This document shows positions 38,049-49,635 of a stretch of 64,000 nt of DNA, in pieces. The notes beneath the pieces were generated by a model. That model was not told where the DNA came from. It worked only from the letters and a program-made list of their open reading frames with translations, and searched no databases. The position numbers and the translations under genes are program-made. Each line of letters starts with the position of its first letter. Position 1 is the stretch's first letter. Source of the DNA: Glaucostegus cemiculus (taxonomy: Eukaryota); contig CDPCPM010000045.1 of the NCBI GenBank assembly GCA_976551045.1, forward strand, positions 15,934,001 to 15,998,000, written 5' to 3'.

Positions 38049-40229
38049 CAGTGGCATGCAAAAGTTTGGGCACCACTTGTCAAAATTTCTGTTACTGTGA
38101 ATAGCTAAGTGAGTAAAAGAAGGCCTGAATTCCAAAAGGCATAAAGTGAAAGATGACACATTTCTTTAATATTTTAAGCAAGATTACTTTTTTATTTCCA
38201 TCTTTTACAGTTTCAAAATTACAAAAAAGGAAAAGGGCCCAATGCAAAAGTTTGGGAGCCCTGCACGGTCAGTACTTAGTAACACCCCCTTTGGCAAGTA
38301 TCACAGCTTGTAAACGCTCTTGTAACCAGCTAAAAGTCTTTCAATTCTTGTTTGGGGGATTTTCACCCATTCTTCCTTGCAAAAGGCTTCTAGTTCTGTG
38401 AGATTCTTGGGCCATCCTGCATGCACTGCCCTTTTGAGATCTATCCACAGGTTTTCAATGATGTTTAGGTCGGGGACAGTGAGGGCGACAGCAAAACCTT
38501 CAGCTTGTGCCTCTTGACGTAGTCCATTGTGGATTTTGAGGTGTGTTTAGGATTGTTACCCTGTTGTAGGAGCCATCCTCTTTTCACCTTCAGCTTTTTT
38601 GTTTTACAGATGGTGTGATGTTTGCTTCCAGAATTTGCTGGTATTTAATTGAAGTCATTCTTCCCTCTACCAGTGAAATGTTCCATGTGCCACTGGCTGC
38701 AACACAAGCCCAAAGCATCATCGATCCACCCCCATGCTCAACAGTTGGAGAGGTGTTCTTTTCATGAAATTCTGCACCCTTTTTTCTCCAAACATACCTT
38801 TGCTCATTGCAGTCAAAAAGTTCTATTTCAACTTCATCAATCCACAGGACTTGTTTCCAAAATGCATCAGGCTTATTTAGATGTTCCTTAGATGACCTGA
38901 TCTCCAAAAGTCATGAAGTTAAAGATGAAACATCCTTTTCAACATTTTAAGCAAGATTAGTGTACTATTTTTGTTTTGTACAATTTTAGAGTGAAAAAAG
39001 GAAAGGAGCACCATGCAATAGTTTGGGCACCCCAAGAGATTTGAGCTCTCAGATAACTTTCACCAAGGTCTCAGACATTCATTAGCTTGTTAGGGCTATG
39101 GCTTGTTCACAGTGATCGTTAGGAAAGGCCAGGCGATGCAAATTTCAAAGCTTTCTAAATACCCTGACTCCTCAAACCTTGTCCCAACAATCAGCAGCCA
39201 TTGGCTCCTGTAAGCAGCTGTCTAGCACTCCGAAAATTAAAATAAATGATGCCCACAAAGCAGGAGAAGGCTATAAGAAAGATAGCAAAGCGTTTTCAGG
39301 GAGCCGTTTCCTCAGCTCGTAATGTAATTAAGAAATGGCAGTTAACAGGAATAGTGTAGGTCGAGTCGAGGTTTGGAAGACCAAGTAAACTTTCTGAGAG
39401 AACTGCTCATAGGATTGCTAGAAAGGCAAATCAAAGCCCCCGTTTGACTGCAAAAGACGTTCAGGAAGATTTAGCAGGCTCTGGAGTGGTGGTGCACCGT
39501 TCTACTGTGCAGTGATACCTGCACAAATATGACCTTCATGGAAGAGTCATCAGAAGAAAACCTTTCCTCCATCCTCACCACAAAATTCAGCATCAGAAGT
39601 TTGCAAAGGAACATCTAAACAAACCTGATGCATTTTGGAAACAAGTCCTGTGGATTGATGAAGTTAAAATAGAACTTTTTGACTGCAATGAAAAGAGGAT
39701 GGCTCCTACAACAGGGTAACAATCCTAAACACACCTCAAAATCCACAATGGACTACGTCAAGAGGCACAAGCTGAAGGTTTTGCTGTTGCCCTCACTGTC
39801 CCCGACCTAAACATAATTGAAAATCTGTGGATAGACCTCAAAAGAGCAGTGCATGCAAGATGGCCCAAGAATCTCACAGAACTAGAAGCCTTTTGCAAGG
39901 AAGAATGGGTGAAAATCCCCCAAAGAAGAATTGAAAGACTCTTAGCTGGTTACAAGAGCGTTTACAAGCTGTGATACTTGCCAAAAGGGGGTGTTACTAA
40001 GTACTGACCGTGCAGGGTTCCCAAACTTTTGCATTGGGCCCTTTTCCTTTTTTGTAATTTTGAAACTGTAAAAGATGGAAATAAAAAAGTAATCTTAAAA
40101 TATTAAAGAAATGTGTCACCTTTCACTTTATGCCTTTTGGAAATCAGGTCTTCTTTTACTCGCTCAGTAACAAAAATTTCACAGTAACAAAAATTTTGAC
40201 TGGGGTGCCCAGACTTTTGCATGCCACTG
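38049..40229. mobile_element. Rearranged (fold-back) Tc1/mariner IR/DR-type transposon, non-autonomous
   Basis: TA | CAGTGGCATGCAAAAGTTTGGGCACC ... GGTGCCCAGACTTTTGCATGCCACTG | TA, with inner direct repeats ~190 bp in. Transposase relics on both strands: minus 38590..38889 (WKQVLWIDE, HGGGSMMLWAC) and plus ~39200-40000 (HKAGEGYKK, PSLSP, IENLW). Confidence 0.95.
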
Positions 40230-40619
40230 TATATGGGTTTCAGAAGAAGTTGGATTGAAGCAGGGTCAGAATTCTAATTAAGAATAGTAAGTCACTCTGT
40301 CAAATTATTTTTCTGTAGTTACTGTACTTCATAATTTCCAATGATGCTTGGGGAAAAATAGCTTTCATTCCAACAGAAGGATTTTAATTCAGGGAAATAT
40401 TTTGTACTATTTTAAATATTCTTGGGTATTTTCTGTTAAATGGCAAGCTAAAAGAAAAATTCATCTTTTCAAATAATTAAAACATGAGAACAACCGGAGA
40501 AAATACAAAACATAAATGTTGTATAATGAGTAAGCAGTATGAACTGGAATAATTATACTATAAACAACAAAATAGAAAGATAAATGAGTAACCAATGAGA
40601 AACATTTTGATTTTTCCAG

Positions 40620-40703
40620 TTCACTTCCAAAAAGCACAAGCGCAATTCCTCTGAACATCTCTGTGCTCCACCATCGTATTTGTTTTCGCAGCACTCTGAT
40701 CAA
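40620..40703 (+). CDS. ARHGAP12: Candidate additional in-frame ARHGAP12 exon, 84 nt (FTSKKHKRNSSEHLCAPPSYLFSQHSDQ)
   Basis: Acceptor ttttgatttttccag, donor gttagt, 28 stop-free codons in phase 0-0, higher GC than the AT-rich flanks. No homology confirmed. Confidence 0.55.
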
Positions 40704-42259
40704 GTTAGTATTTTTACTATCTTAATACAAATTATCCTAAAATATCAGACAATTTCCCTTTATCCTAGTGCAAACGTATTGCTTAAATCTATATTGACTG
40801 TTAATTTTGATTAGAGCTAAACTTGTAAAATTAATAACAATTCAGAAGTGGTAGTTTATTGCAAATAAGCTTTCAACAGTTCTGATGCCTCTTCTATTTG
40901 AGCTGGCATTTAAATTATGAAAAGGATATGTCTTGTTACATTTGATATGATTGAATCTTTGTAGACTTCATTTCTGTAGTTTATTGCATTTCTTGGTTAT
41001 TGCTTTTGTGAGTAGCAATCAAGCTGATTGTTTTCCTCTATGTGAAATAAACAGGTCATCATTATAGAACTGGTACAAGTATTATATTCTTTTGAAAGAA
41101 CCAGAAAGTTTAGGAAATGTGCATTGCGGTTGAGGCTAAATTTGTTTTGAAGCTGATGGCATATTGTATTTGAATATATTTGTATATCCAAATGTATTTT
41201 CCCCTGATTCCTGATTATTCTCATACTTTCATCAAGTTTTGAATAATGGCGTCATTGCCCAACATTTATATGTGCCATTCAGAAGTTTGGTAATCTAAAT
41301 TATGCTAGTAAATTATCCTTACTGTGCAACAGAATGATTAATATTCATATTGTTAATTTATGCCTTTTGAAGCAAAAAAATCTCAGTAGATATCAGATTG
41401 ATTTGTTCTCATTCTTTACTCCATTGTAAATAATAATTGTGTATTTTCTCTACATTCATAAGTTATATTGTTAGATAACTTTCTAATGAGGTCCTGCAAA
41501 TAAAAAAAAAGCTTCCATTTTAGCTGTTGTAGTGTAGCTGTATGGTAATGATGTGATTTGCATAGAAAATCATTTCAGTGTGCCCCCTGAACTAGGTATT
41601 TTATTCTTTTTGTCTTTTTCCTGCTCCTTCATATCATCCATTAGCATCATTAACTTAATACTTCTGCTGACATTATCTAAACCCTAATTCTAAACCACCC
41701 AATTGCATTGCAATCAATGAACTATGTGCCTGCCTGCCTACAGTTATGGAAGAGGAACTTTTCTTCAACATTAATATCAGAAAAGTTGAAGCAATGTTGC
41801 TCAGATCCTAAATATTTTTTTACAATGGTATCTGATTCAACCTCTCTTAAATGTTTGCTATTATTAAACTCCTTATCTTTTGGACATCTTGTGTCCTGTT
41901 TAATTGCAAGTTGCTTCAAATTCCAAATCTTAGCTCTTGTAAATGTTATCTATGTGCACTTTTCAATTTTGTCCATTACTATGATAATGACCTCTGTTCA
42001 TGAAATCTTGCTCTTGTCTGGAGTGTTCTACATTGCTACTGTTCTCATTTCCTATGAAGGAATCCTTCAACCTTGCCTTTGGCCATTTCATTGAATCCTT
42101 TCCAGATTCTTAATAGTGATATGTTGTCATTCCACCATTAAAGGCAAGTTGCTGTTATTTATTTGAAAAAGATCAACAGGTTATTTAAGCTGTAAGAAGA
42201 CTGGCAATGGCCAATTTAAACTTTGTCTTCCTTCTCTGTTTTATTTGACTTGGCATGCT

Positions 42260-43015
42260 GGATCATTACAGCCTCTTGGCCCACCATCGCGTATCCATTT
42301 GTATAAATCCAAATTACTAGTCTTGATGATTCAAGGACTCATCTAGATATTTAATTGTTCTGAGTGTTTAATCTTTGCCTCCATCACCCACTTAAGCAGT
42401 GCATTCCAGATTCCAGCCATCCTCTGGGTGAAAAGATTCTTACTCTGATCACCTCTAAACTTAAATGCCTCTTACCCTAAACCATGCCTTCTAGTCTTAG
42501 ACACCTCTGCTCTGGGTAAAAGTTTCCTACTATCTGTGCCTCTCTATTATTTTATATACCTTTATCAGGTACTTGCTCAGCCTCTTCTGCTCCAAGGAAA
42601 GCAAACCAATCTACCAGCCTCTCCTTGTAACTGAAACATTCTATTCCTGGCAGCGTCCTGGTGAACTCCTTCTATGTCTGCTCCAGAGTAGGCATGCCTA
42701 GCTTGTAGTGTGCTGATGGGAAGTCCACACAGTACTCTAGTTATGGCCTAACTGATGATTATAAAGTTGTAATATAACATCCCCGCTCTTGTATTCAGTA
42801 CTTCAGCGAATAAAGGTAAGTATTCTACATACCATCTTCACCACTTTATCTGTCAGTTCTGCCATCTTCAGGGGTCTTGAACACCCTCTATGCCTCAGTA
42901 CTCTCTAGGGCCCTAACTACCAATCATTATGTAGCTCTGTGCCTTATTAGTCATCTCAGCATGCATCATCATGGACTTAACAGGATTAATATTCTGCAAA
43001 CTTTACCAAGCAACT
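42260..43015 (-). mobile_element. Old CR1 3' fragment
   Basis: Antisense CR1 C-terminal features (gcagtgcattccagattcc, ctctgggtgaaa, ctccaaggaaagcaaacc, cagtactctagttatggcct). Stops throughout. Confidence 0.7.
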
Positions 43016-43206
43016 TAATGTCATTTAAGTATCTATGGGCTATGAGATGGAATGAAGCTTGTTAATAAGGATATGGAGAGGAATGGAGTTTTTCTTTTGA
43101 TGTTTTATCTTGATTTTTTTCAGCTCATTGTTTGATATAACTAAATAGGGTTAAATACTACTTCTGGTTTGAAGCAAACATCACAAAATTTTGTTTTCCT
43201 TCTCAG

Positions 43207-43290
43207 GAAGCTGCAACTAGTCCGAAGCTAATCCATGACAACAACAATGAGCCACCTTCTTCACCAAAGAGTCCACAGCCTTCACCAACT
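43207..43290 (+). CDS. ARHGAP12: ARHGAP12 linker exon, 84 nt (EAATSPKLIHDNNNEPPSSPKSPQPSPT)
   Basis: Acceptor ttttccttctcag, donor gttagt, phase 0-0. NE.PSSPK resembles the pre-PH linker of ARHGAP12. Confidence 0.85.
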
Positions 43291-43469
43291 GTTAGTATAC
43301 CTCAAGTGGAAAAAAAATATTTTAAAACGGTTCTAAATATGAGCTAAAGGAAACAATATTTTTATTGGATAAGAATGGTGATGAATTGGTCTAACTAGAA
43401 ATTATTCAATCAATTCCATTGCTTATTGTTGTCTTGCAATAAAATGTGTTTATTTCATTAAATTTGTAG

Positions 43470-43531
43470 GTTTCAGAAAAATATGGATTACTTTATATGA
43501 CAAAAATCACAGAGAATGGCAAAAAAGTCAG
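43470..43531 (+). CDS. ARHGAP12: ARHGAP12 exon, 62 nt, PH domain start (VSEKYGLLYMTKITENGKKVR), phase 0-2
   Basis: Acceptor tttgtag, donor gtgagt. EKYGLL..TKI.ENGKKVR is the PH N-terminal motif. Confidence 0.95.
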
Positions 43532-43699
43532 GTGAGTACGAGGCACGGGCATTCAGTTTGAATACTGAAATAGTTTAATAGTAAAATACTCAAATGATGC
43601 TTGCTGGATGATAAGTATGACATTACACTGCAAAGCTGACTAAGCTCTTAAATATAAATTTTATTCTTAAGTTGTTTAGTTCAGTAGTACTGGAAAAAA

Positions 43700-45490
43700 A
43701 AGGCCTTCCATGCATTCAAAATTGCTTGGAGGAGTAAGGGTGAAGATAGTGGAGGCTCTGGCTACAGTCTTAGGAACCTCTGAGCATGTGACTGGTCCTA
43801 GTGGAGCAGAAGATTGCAAATGTAAAAGCAAGCAATTCAACCTAATGTGAGTGAATTGAGATACACTGAGGTAATGAGAAACCAAGCTATTTGTCCTGTT
43901 TATATTAAAAAATGCATTAATAAATAACTGGCAGCATAAATTTCATAAAGTCAAATAGACTAGCGCAATAGATGTTAACATGGGAAATGTTACAAGTTTG
44001 TGACAAGGAGGAATAAAGTATAATTCTAAGACTAAGTCACTAGCTAAACTAAAGGTCACAAAAATAATAAAAGCAAAGCCAAAGGCTCTTTATTTGAATG
44101 CATGTAGCATTTGAAATAAAACTGAACTGAGAATGCAAATAGAAAGAAATATGGTCTGATAGCCATTACAGAGGAGTGGCTGCAGAATGACTTGGATATC
44201 AGAGAGCTGGAAGCTAGAACATTGAAAGAACAGTGGAGGATTGGCTTTGTTAATTAATGGTAGTCTAAATCGTGGAATTCTTGACCCAGCCGCATGTGGG
44301 AGTACCTTCATGCAATGGACTGCGGAGATTCAAGAAAGCCACTTAAATCCATCTTCTCGAGGCTAATTTCAGATGGGCAATAAATGCTGGCCTTGTTGAT
44401 GATGCCCAGATCTTGGAAATGAATTTTATTTTATTTTTTAAAAATGCAATGGAGAGCTATGAGCTAATATTAGGAATCCTGAATGTGGAATAAAACCAGA
44501 AAATTCTGGAAGCACTCAACAGGTCAGACAACATTTATTTTTCAGGTCAGAGACCCTTCATCAGAACCGGAAAGAGAAAACAAGTTGGGTTTCTGAACCA
44601 GAGAAGGTGGGGGAGGGGTGAATAGAAAGGTGGTGCATCTCCTATAGAGTGAGACCAGGTGTGTCGATTAGAACCATATAATGCTTCAATGTCTGCCTGA
44701 TGTGCTATTACCAGCACATGCCAGGTAGGCCAGACTGTGTTGATATAAAGATAAGAACTGAGCCTAAATAACAGATGACCAGCAGAAGTGGCCAGTTCTG
44801 ATACAGAGAGCAAGAGGAAGTAGTTGGCTAAAGTTGGAGAACTTGGTATCAAGTCCAGAAGATTTCAATGTTCTCAGATGGAAGATTAGGTAACAGTAAT
44901 CACTGAATTTTGCAATCAGTTTGAGGGAGAGAAATATATGTCTGAGACTGGTATTTGAAATTTAAATGAGGGCATCTATGAGAACCTGAAAACTGAGCTA
45001 GCTAAAGTGAACTAACAAAATATTTGAGACGTAATACAGGCATTTAAGACGATCACTCAGAATATCCAGAAATGATGCGTTTTAACAAGAAGTGAATTCA
45101 AGGAGAAGGGCACACCATCTGTGTTTAACTAATAAAGTTAAAAACAGTATTAAATTTCATGGAAAAAACATAATTGCTCAAAGACTAGTGGCAGGTCAGA
45201 AGATTGGACAATAAAAAAATACAGTGAAAGGATAACTAAAGGATTAATAGGGAAGGAAAAATTACAGTACCAGATAAAGCCAATGAGAAATTTGAAACTA
45301 ATAGTAAGAGCTTCTATCATATTTTTTAAGAAAAGGAAAGAAGTGTTAACAGAATCAGCCTGGGTATTTAATAATAAAAAACAAGGAGATGGCAGATGAA
45401 TTAAACAGGTATTTTGCATCTGTTTTCATTATATATGATACAATTAGCATCACAGAAATAGTTGAAAATCAGAAGGGAGGAACACAGGAA
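43700..45490 (+). mobile_element. Old CR1 ORF2 fragments with a nested minus-strand Penelope-like piece (~44470-44900)
   Basis: KALYLNACSI*NK (endonuclease start, ~44080) and MADELNRYFASVF (45389). Hammerhead-like core on the minus strand at 44540-44567. Confidence 0.65.
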
Positions 45491-45924
45491 AAATTACAAT
45501 TACTGGGGCATGATATGTGGGGGAAGCGGGCTGGGGGGCTGCTGTTAAACACAATTACCTGCTGGCTCCATTTAGTTGTCTGATGCTGTTACTCCACTAA
45601 ATAGAAGGGCTTTGTTGTGAAAGACTTAAAACAATTCAGTTTAAGTCAGCATTGCTCTAAAACCAAGAATTCCTTGTCATCTACCATTGTGATTGCAAAA
45701 GTCCTTATTTATTTTGTCTCAGGCTGTCCTGTGCTGAGCCATTGGGTAAGATAAGGGCTTGAAGCTTCAATCATGTGGAAAATGGAGCAAAGGGCAGGAG
45801 AGAAGTTGAAATAGAATGCATAGATGTTTGAAACTGTCCTTTCAGTTGTGTGCCATAGATTTTTTTTGGTAGATCTATGTAATAGCCTTCAGTACAATAA
45901 GCAGAAATGATATCTAGACCTGCT

Positions 45925-46420
45925 CTTCCCGGGACTGCAAGAAACTGCAGAATTGTGGACACAACCCAGCAAATCACGAAAACCAGCCTCTTCTCTGTGG
46001 ACTCTGCCTAATCTTCTCATTGCCTCAGTGAAACAACTAGCATAATCAAAGACTCCACCCACCCGAGACATCCTCTCTTCTTCCCTCTCCATCGGGCAGA
46101 AGATAAAGGAGTCTTGAGGGCACATACCACCAGACTTGAGGACAGCTTGTATCTCACTGTTATAAGACTAATTGAACGATTCCCTTATATGATAAGATGG
46201 ACTTTGACCTCACAATCTACCTTGTTATGGCCTTGCACCTTATTGTCTACCTGCACTGCACTTCCTCTGTTGCTGTGACATTTTACTCTGTATTCTGTTA
46301 TTGTTTTACCCTGTACTACCTTAATGGACTATGTAATGAATTGATCTGTACAAACGGTATGCAAGACAAGTTTTTCACTGTACCTTAGTACGAGTGACAG
46401 TAATAAACCAATATCAATTT
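45925..46420 (+). mobile_element. Rex1/Babar-like 3' fragment
   Basis: KKLQNCGH.../IIKDSTHPRHPLFFPLHR-like relic, then 3' UTR ending gtgacagtaataaaccaatatc. Confidence 0.7.
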
Positions 46421-46880
46421 AGTTGATCAAAAGGGCAATATTTTTCCAAAATATACAAGAAGAACACAAGCAACAGTTTTTGTTTGTAAAACTCTTTGGT
46501 TAACTATTTTCCTTGAGGGGAGGAAATTTTCTGTCTTTGTCTTGCCCATCCTATGTGTGACACCAGACTTACCAACTTGGTTGAATTAACTAGCCTCTGA
46601 AATGGTCTAGCAAATCGTTCAGATCATGGCATGGAAAACAAATGCTGACATAGCCAGTAACCTCCACAACCTGTAAATGAATTTTTAAAAAAGGAGTGGT
46701 TTTATACTAGTAATGGAAACATTGCATCTGTCAGATGAGCAAATGTTGACTCTTAAAAATATTAATTTAGATCTTCAGTTCTTAAAATCTAGCTGCATAA
46801 TACAGTATTTTAAATTTAGTACATAGTTTTTAATTACACTTTTTTGCTTGAATAGTTCTGTGCATCTTATCTCATTATAG

Positions 46881-46962
46881 GAAGAATTGGACATCATCTT
46901 GGACAGTCTTGCAAGGTTCATCTCTGCTATTTGCTAAAAATCAAGGCAGTGGAACTGGATGG
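46881..46962 (+). CDS. ARHGAP12: ARHGAP12 exon, 82 nt, PH domain (KNWTSSWTVLQGSSLLFAKNQGSGTGW), phase 2-0
   Basis: Acceptor ctcattatag, donor gtaatg. Phase is compatible with the preceding 62-nt exon (62+82=144). Confidence 0.95.
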
Positions 46963-47819
46963 GTAATGTTTTTATTATGAAATATGTAACACAGCATCTG
47001 CAGCAATAATAGAATTTTTCATACAATGTTTATAAACTATTCAAACATTAAATCAACAAGACCAATACTAATATACAAGAACATTAGCAATGCTTTTGTT
47101 GATTTAATGTATTATAAAATAATCACTTATAAACTTATCACTTTTAGTCATTGGTTATGGGGAAAATATACTAACTGAATGAAGGTCACTATATCTAATT
47201 TTAAAATGTATATTTCTTGGCTATTTGGTACAAAATGTAAACAACTGGCATTGATGTACTGTATAATAGTTCATGCAAACATTTTTTTGCAAATAGTTTA
47301 GGAAGTTGCAATTTTAATTTATAAATTTTTAAATGACTTTAAAATGTACCAGTACAGTTGCATATTTATTGTTTGGTGGCTACTCGGGGAATTTTTTGCA
47401 TTACTGAAATGTGCATTATTGTAATATCTTTTTGTAAATGTAGTTTGGGAGTTAATACAGTGATAAACAAATTTTCAATTGTACAGTTAATGTGATCACT
47501 TTATTTGTACAATGTAGTTACATATACCCAATTATATGCAATTGCTGGTCTTTCATCATAGAAGTGCTAATGGTAGATAATATGTAGTGTACTTAAATGC
47601 TGATATTCCTTGCTTTTACTTGTATGTTTTAATTTGTGGGGTGCAAGTCAGTAATGAGGTTAGCAAGTATGCATGAAAATGTTACTAAAAATTAGTGTTT
47701 TGTATTAGATTTATAGGCCTATTAATTGGTCCACCTTTACTTTCAAATGTGTTCCAATGATGTGTTTATGGTCAGTATTCCTCCAAAAATAATTAGGTAA
47801 ACAACCCCATAACAAAAAA

Positions 47820-47967
47820 CAAGGGATATGGAGATAAGGCAGGGATTTGGACTTAGAATAGTTCTTTTTTCTCTTATCCTCTTCTTTTCCCCACCCTCCC
47901 TTCCCTTTGGAGCAGACTCGATGGGCCGACTGGCCTGCTTCTGCTCCATTATCTTGTGATCTTGTGA
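47820..47967 (+). mobile_element. 148-bp CR1 3'-end-only insertion, same family as 21997-22726
   Basis: Near-identical reverse complement of 21997-22143, ending in atcttgtgatcttgtga. Confidence 0.92.
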
Positions 47968-48304
47968 AATATGATTTTGTTATTTGTACTTAAAAAAAAA
48001 AACCAGAACATTGTCCTACAGTGTTCTGTTATAAACAGAAGGATCAAAGCATCTTTGTATGTGAAAGACAAAGTTAGTAAATAATTTGAATTGGAATTTT
48101 GCCCTTTATTGCAACAGACATAAAAGTACAAAAACTAGGAAATTTACAAATGTACAGAGCATTGGTATGACCATAGCTGAAGTACAGTTTAGGTCTTTAT
48201 TTAATGAGCTATGTAGTTATATTGAAAGCAGGTCAGAGAAAGTTTGCAATGTTGATTCTGGCATAAAGAGGTTTTCTTATGAGTAGCATCTGAAAGCAGA
48301 TTAA

Positions 48305-48625
48305 GAGCAGTGCAGCAGCACTGCTGTTGCAAAGGGGCCCAGCATTCTGTGTGGAGTTGGCATCTTCTTGTTACTGCTAGGAGTTACACTGGATGCTCTA
48401 GTTTTCCACAGCCCAAAGATGGGCTGGTAGATTAATTGGCTATTGTATATTAATCCTTAGTGTAGGTAAGTGACAATATTCGAAAGGGAGTTGATAGATA
48501 TGAGAGGCAATAAGTTGCAGGAGTACAAGGAAAATAGAGTGAGGGGAATGGGACAGATGAGGTTGTAGGGAGCTGGTATGGGCTCAGTTGACCAAATTCC
48601 AGTCTCCTTTGTCATGCTAAGAAAG
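48305..48625 (+). mobile_element. Degenerate V-SINE (HE1-like) nested in an old CR1 3' fragment (48180-48965)
   Basis: ctgtgtggagttggcatcttc...tgctctagttttccacagcccaaagatg...ttaattggc resembles the recalled V-domain consensus. CR1-like sequence resumes at ~48630 (ctatactctttatagtttagaag). Confidence 0.6.
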
Positions 48626-49499
48626 AAAGATTGACTCTATACTCTTTATAGTTTAGAAGAGGAGTCTAGATCGGGTAATATGCTATGGGACAACATGGTG
48701 GATGCTGAGAGATGTTTCCCTCATGAAGGGTTAATGCTATTTAAAATGGATGTGAGAAAGAATTTCTTCATTGAAGACCCCAGAAAGCTGTGAATGCCAT
48801 GTAATTACTTGTGTTTAAAACTGAGACAGAGTTTTGGACTATAAAGGGAGTCGAGGTTTATGGGGAACTGGTGGGAAAATGAAGTTGAGGTCAGTGCCAT
48901 GAACGTATTGAATGGTGGAGTAGGTTGGCCTGTAAAGCATTCTCCTACCCTTATTTCTTATCCTTCTAAAACAGAGTTGGGTAGCATATAAAATAGTATA
49001 GTTTGATTCCATGCAATAAATTCTATTTGGCCTAGCTCCCACCTTTCTGTGTCCCTGTCCATGTATTCCTTTCTCGTGGTTTACTTAATTGACGTTTAAA
49101 TGTATTTATGCAATCTCTCTGTGCTACTTAATGTGGTAGTAAGTTTCGCTTTGTAATCTATTGTTAGTTTAAGGTATTTTTTCTAACTTTATTAGTGGCT
49201 TTATTAATGTATAGTTCTAGAGTCTTCTCTAAGCTAATGTTTTAAACCTCTTCAAAATATTGAAAACCTCCAGCAGTTTCCTCTTTTTAACAACTCATTG
49301 GGATGATGTAAGTTCTGTTTGCTGGAAGGAATTCCATCAAAGTTTGTTAATTGTGATGGGTATTAAATATTTGCAAGTCAAACCAAATCTTGACTGTCAC
49401 AGCCAGAGGGGGTTCTGTTGGCACCAGTTCACTGAAGCTGAAAAGGATGTCATGATAGGATAGTACTAACTGCAATAGTGGTACTGTTGTCTGCACCTT

Positions 49500-49635
49500 A
49501 CTCCTCTGCCCAGCTCTGAGGAAGGTCCCCGATCCAAGACATTAACTGGTTTCTCTTTCCACAGATGCTGCTTGACTGGCTGAGTTATTCCAGCATTTCT
49601 GTTCTTGTTTCAGATTCCTGCATTTATTTGCTTTC
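49500..49635 (+). mobile_element. Penelope-like pLTR fragment
   Basis: ctctgaggaaggtcccc...ttaactggtttctctttccacagatgctgcttgactggctgagttattccagcatt. Confidence 0.6.

Noticed and set aside
41600-41700. Long pyrimidine tract ending in cattag
   Set aside because: Phase-0 reading stops at once (HH-stop) and no convincing donor follows; too weak to call.
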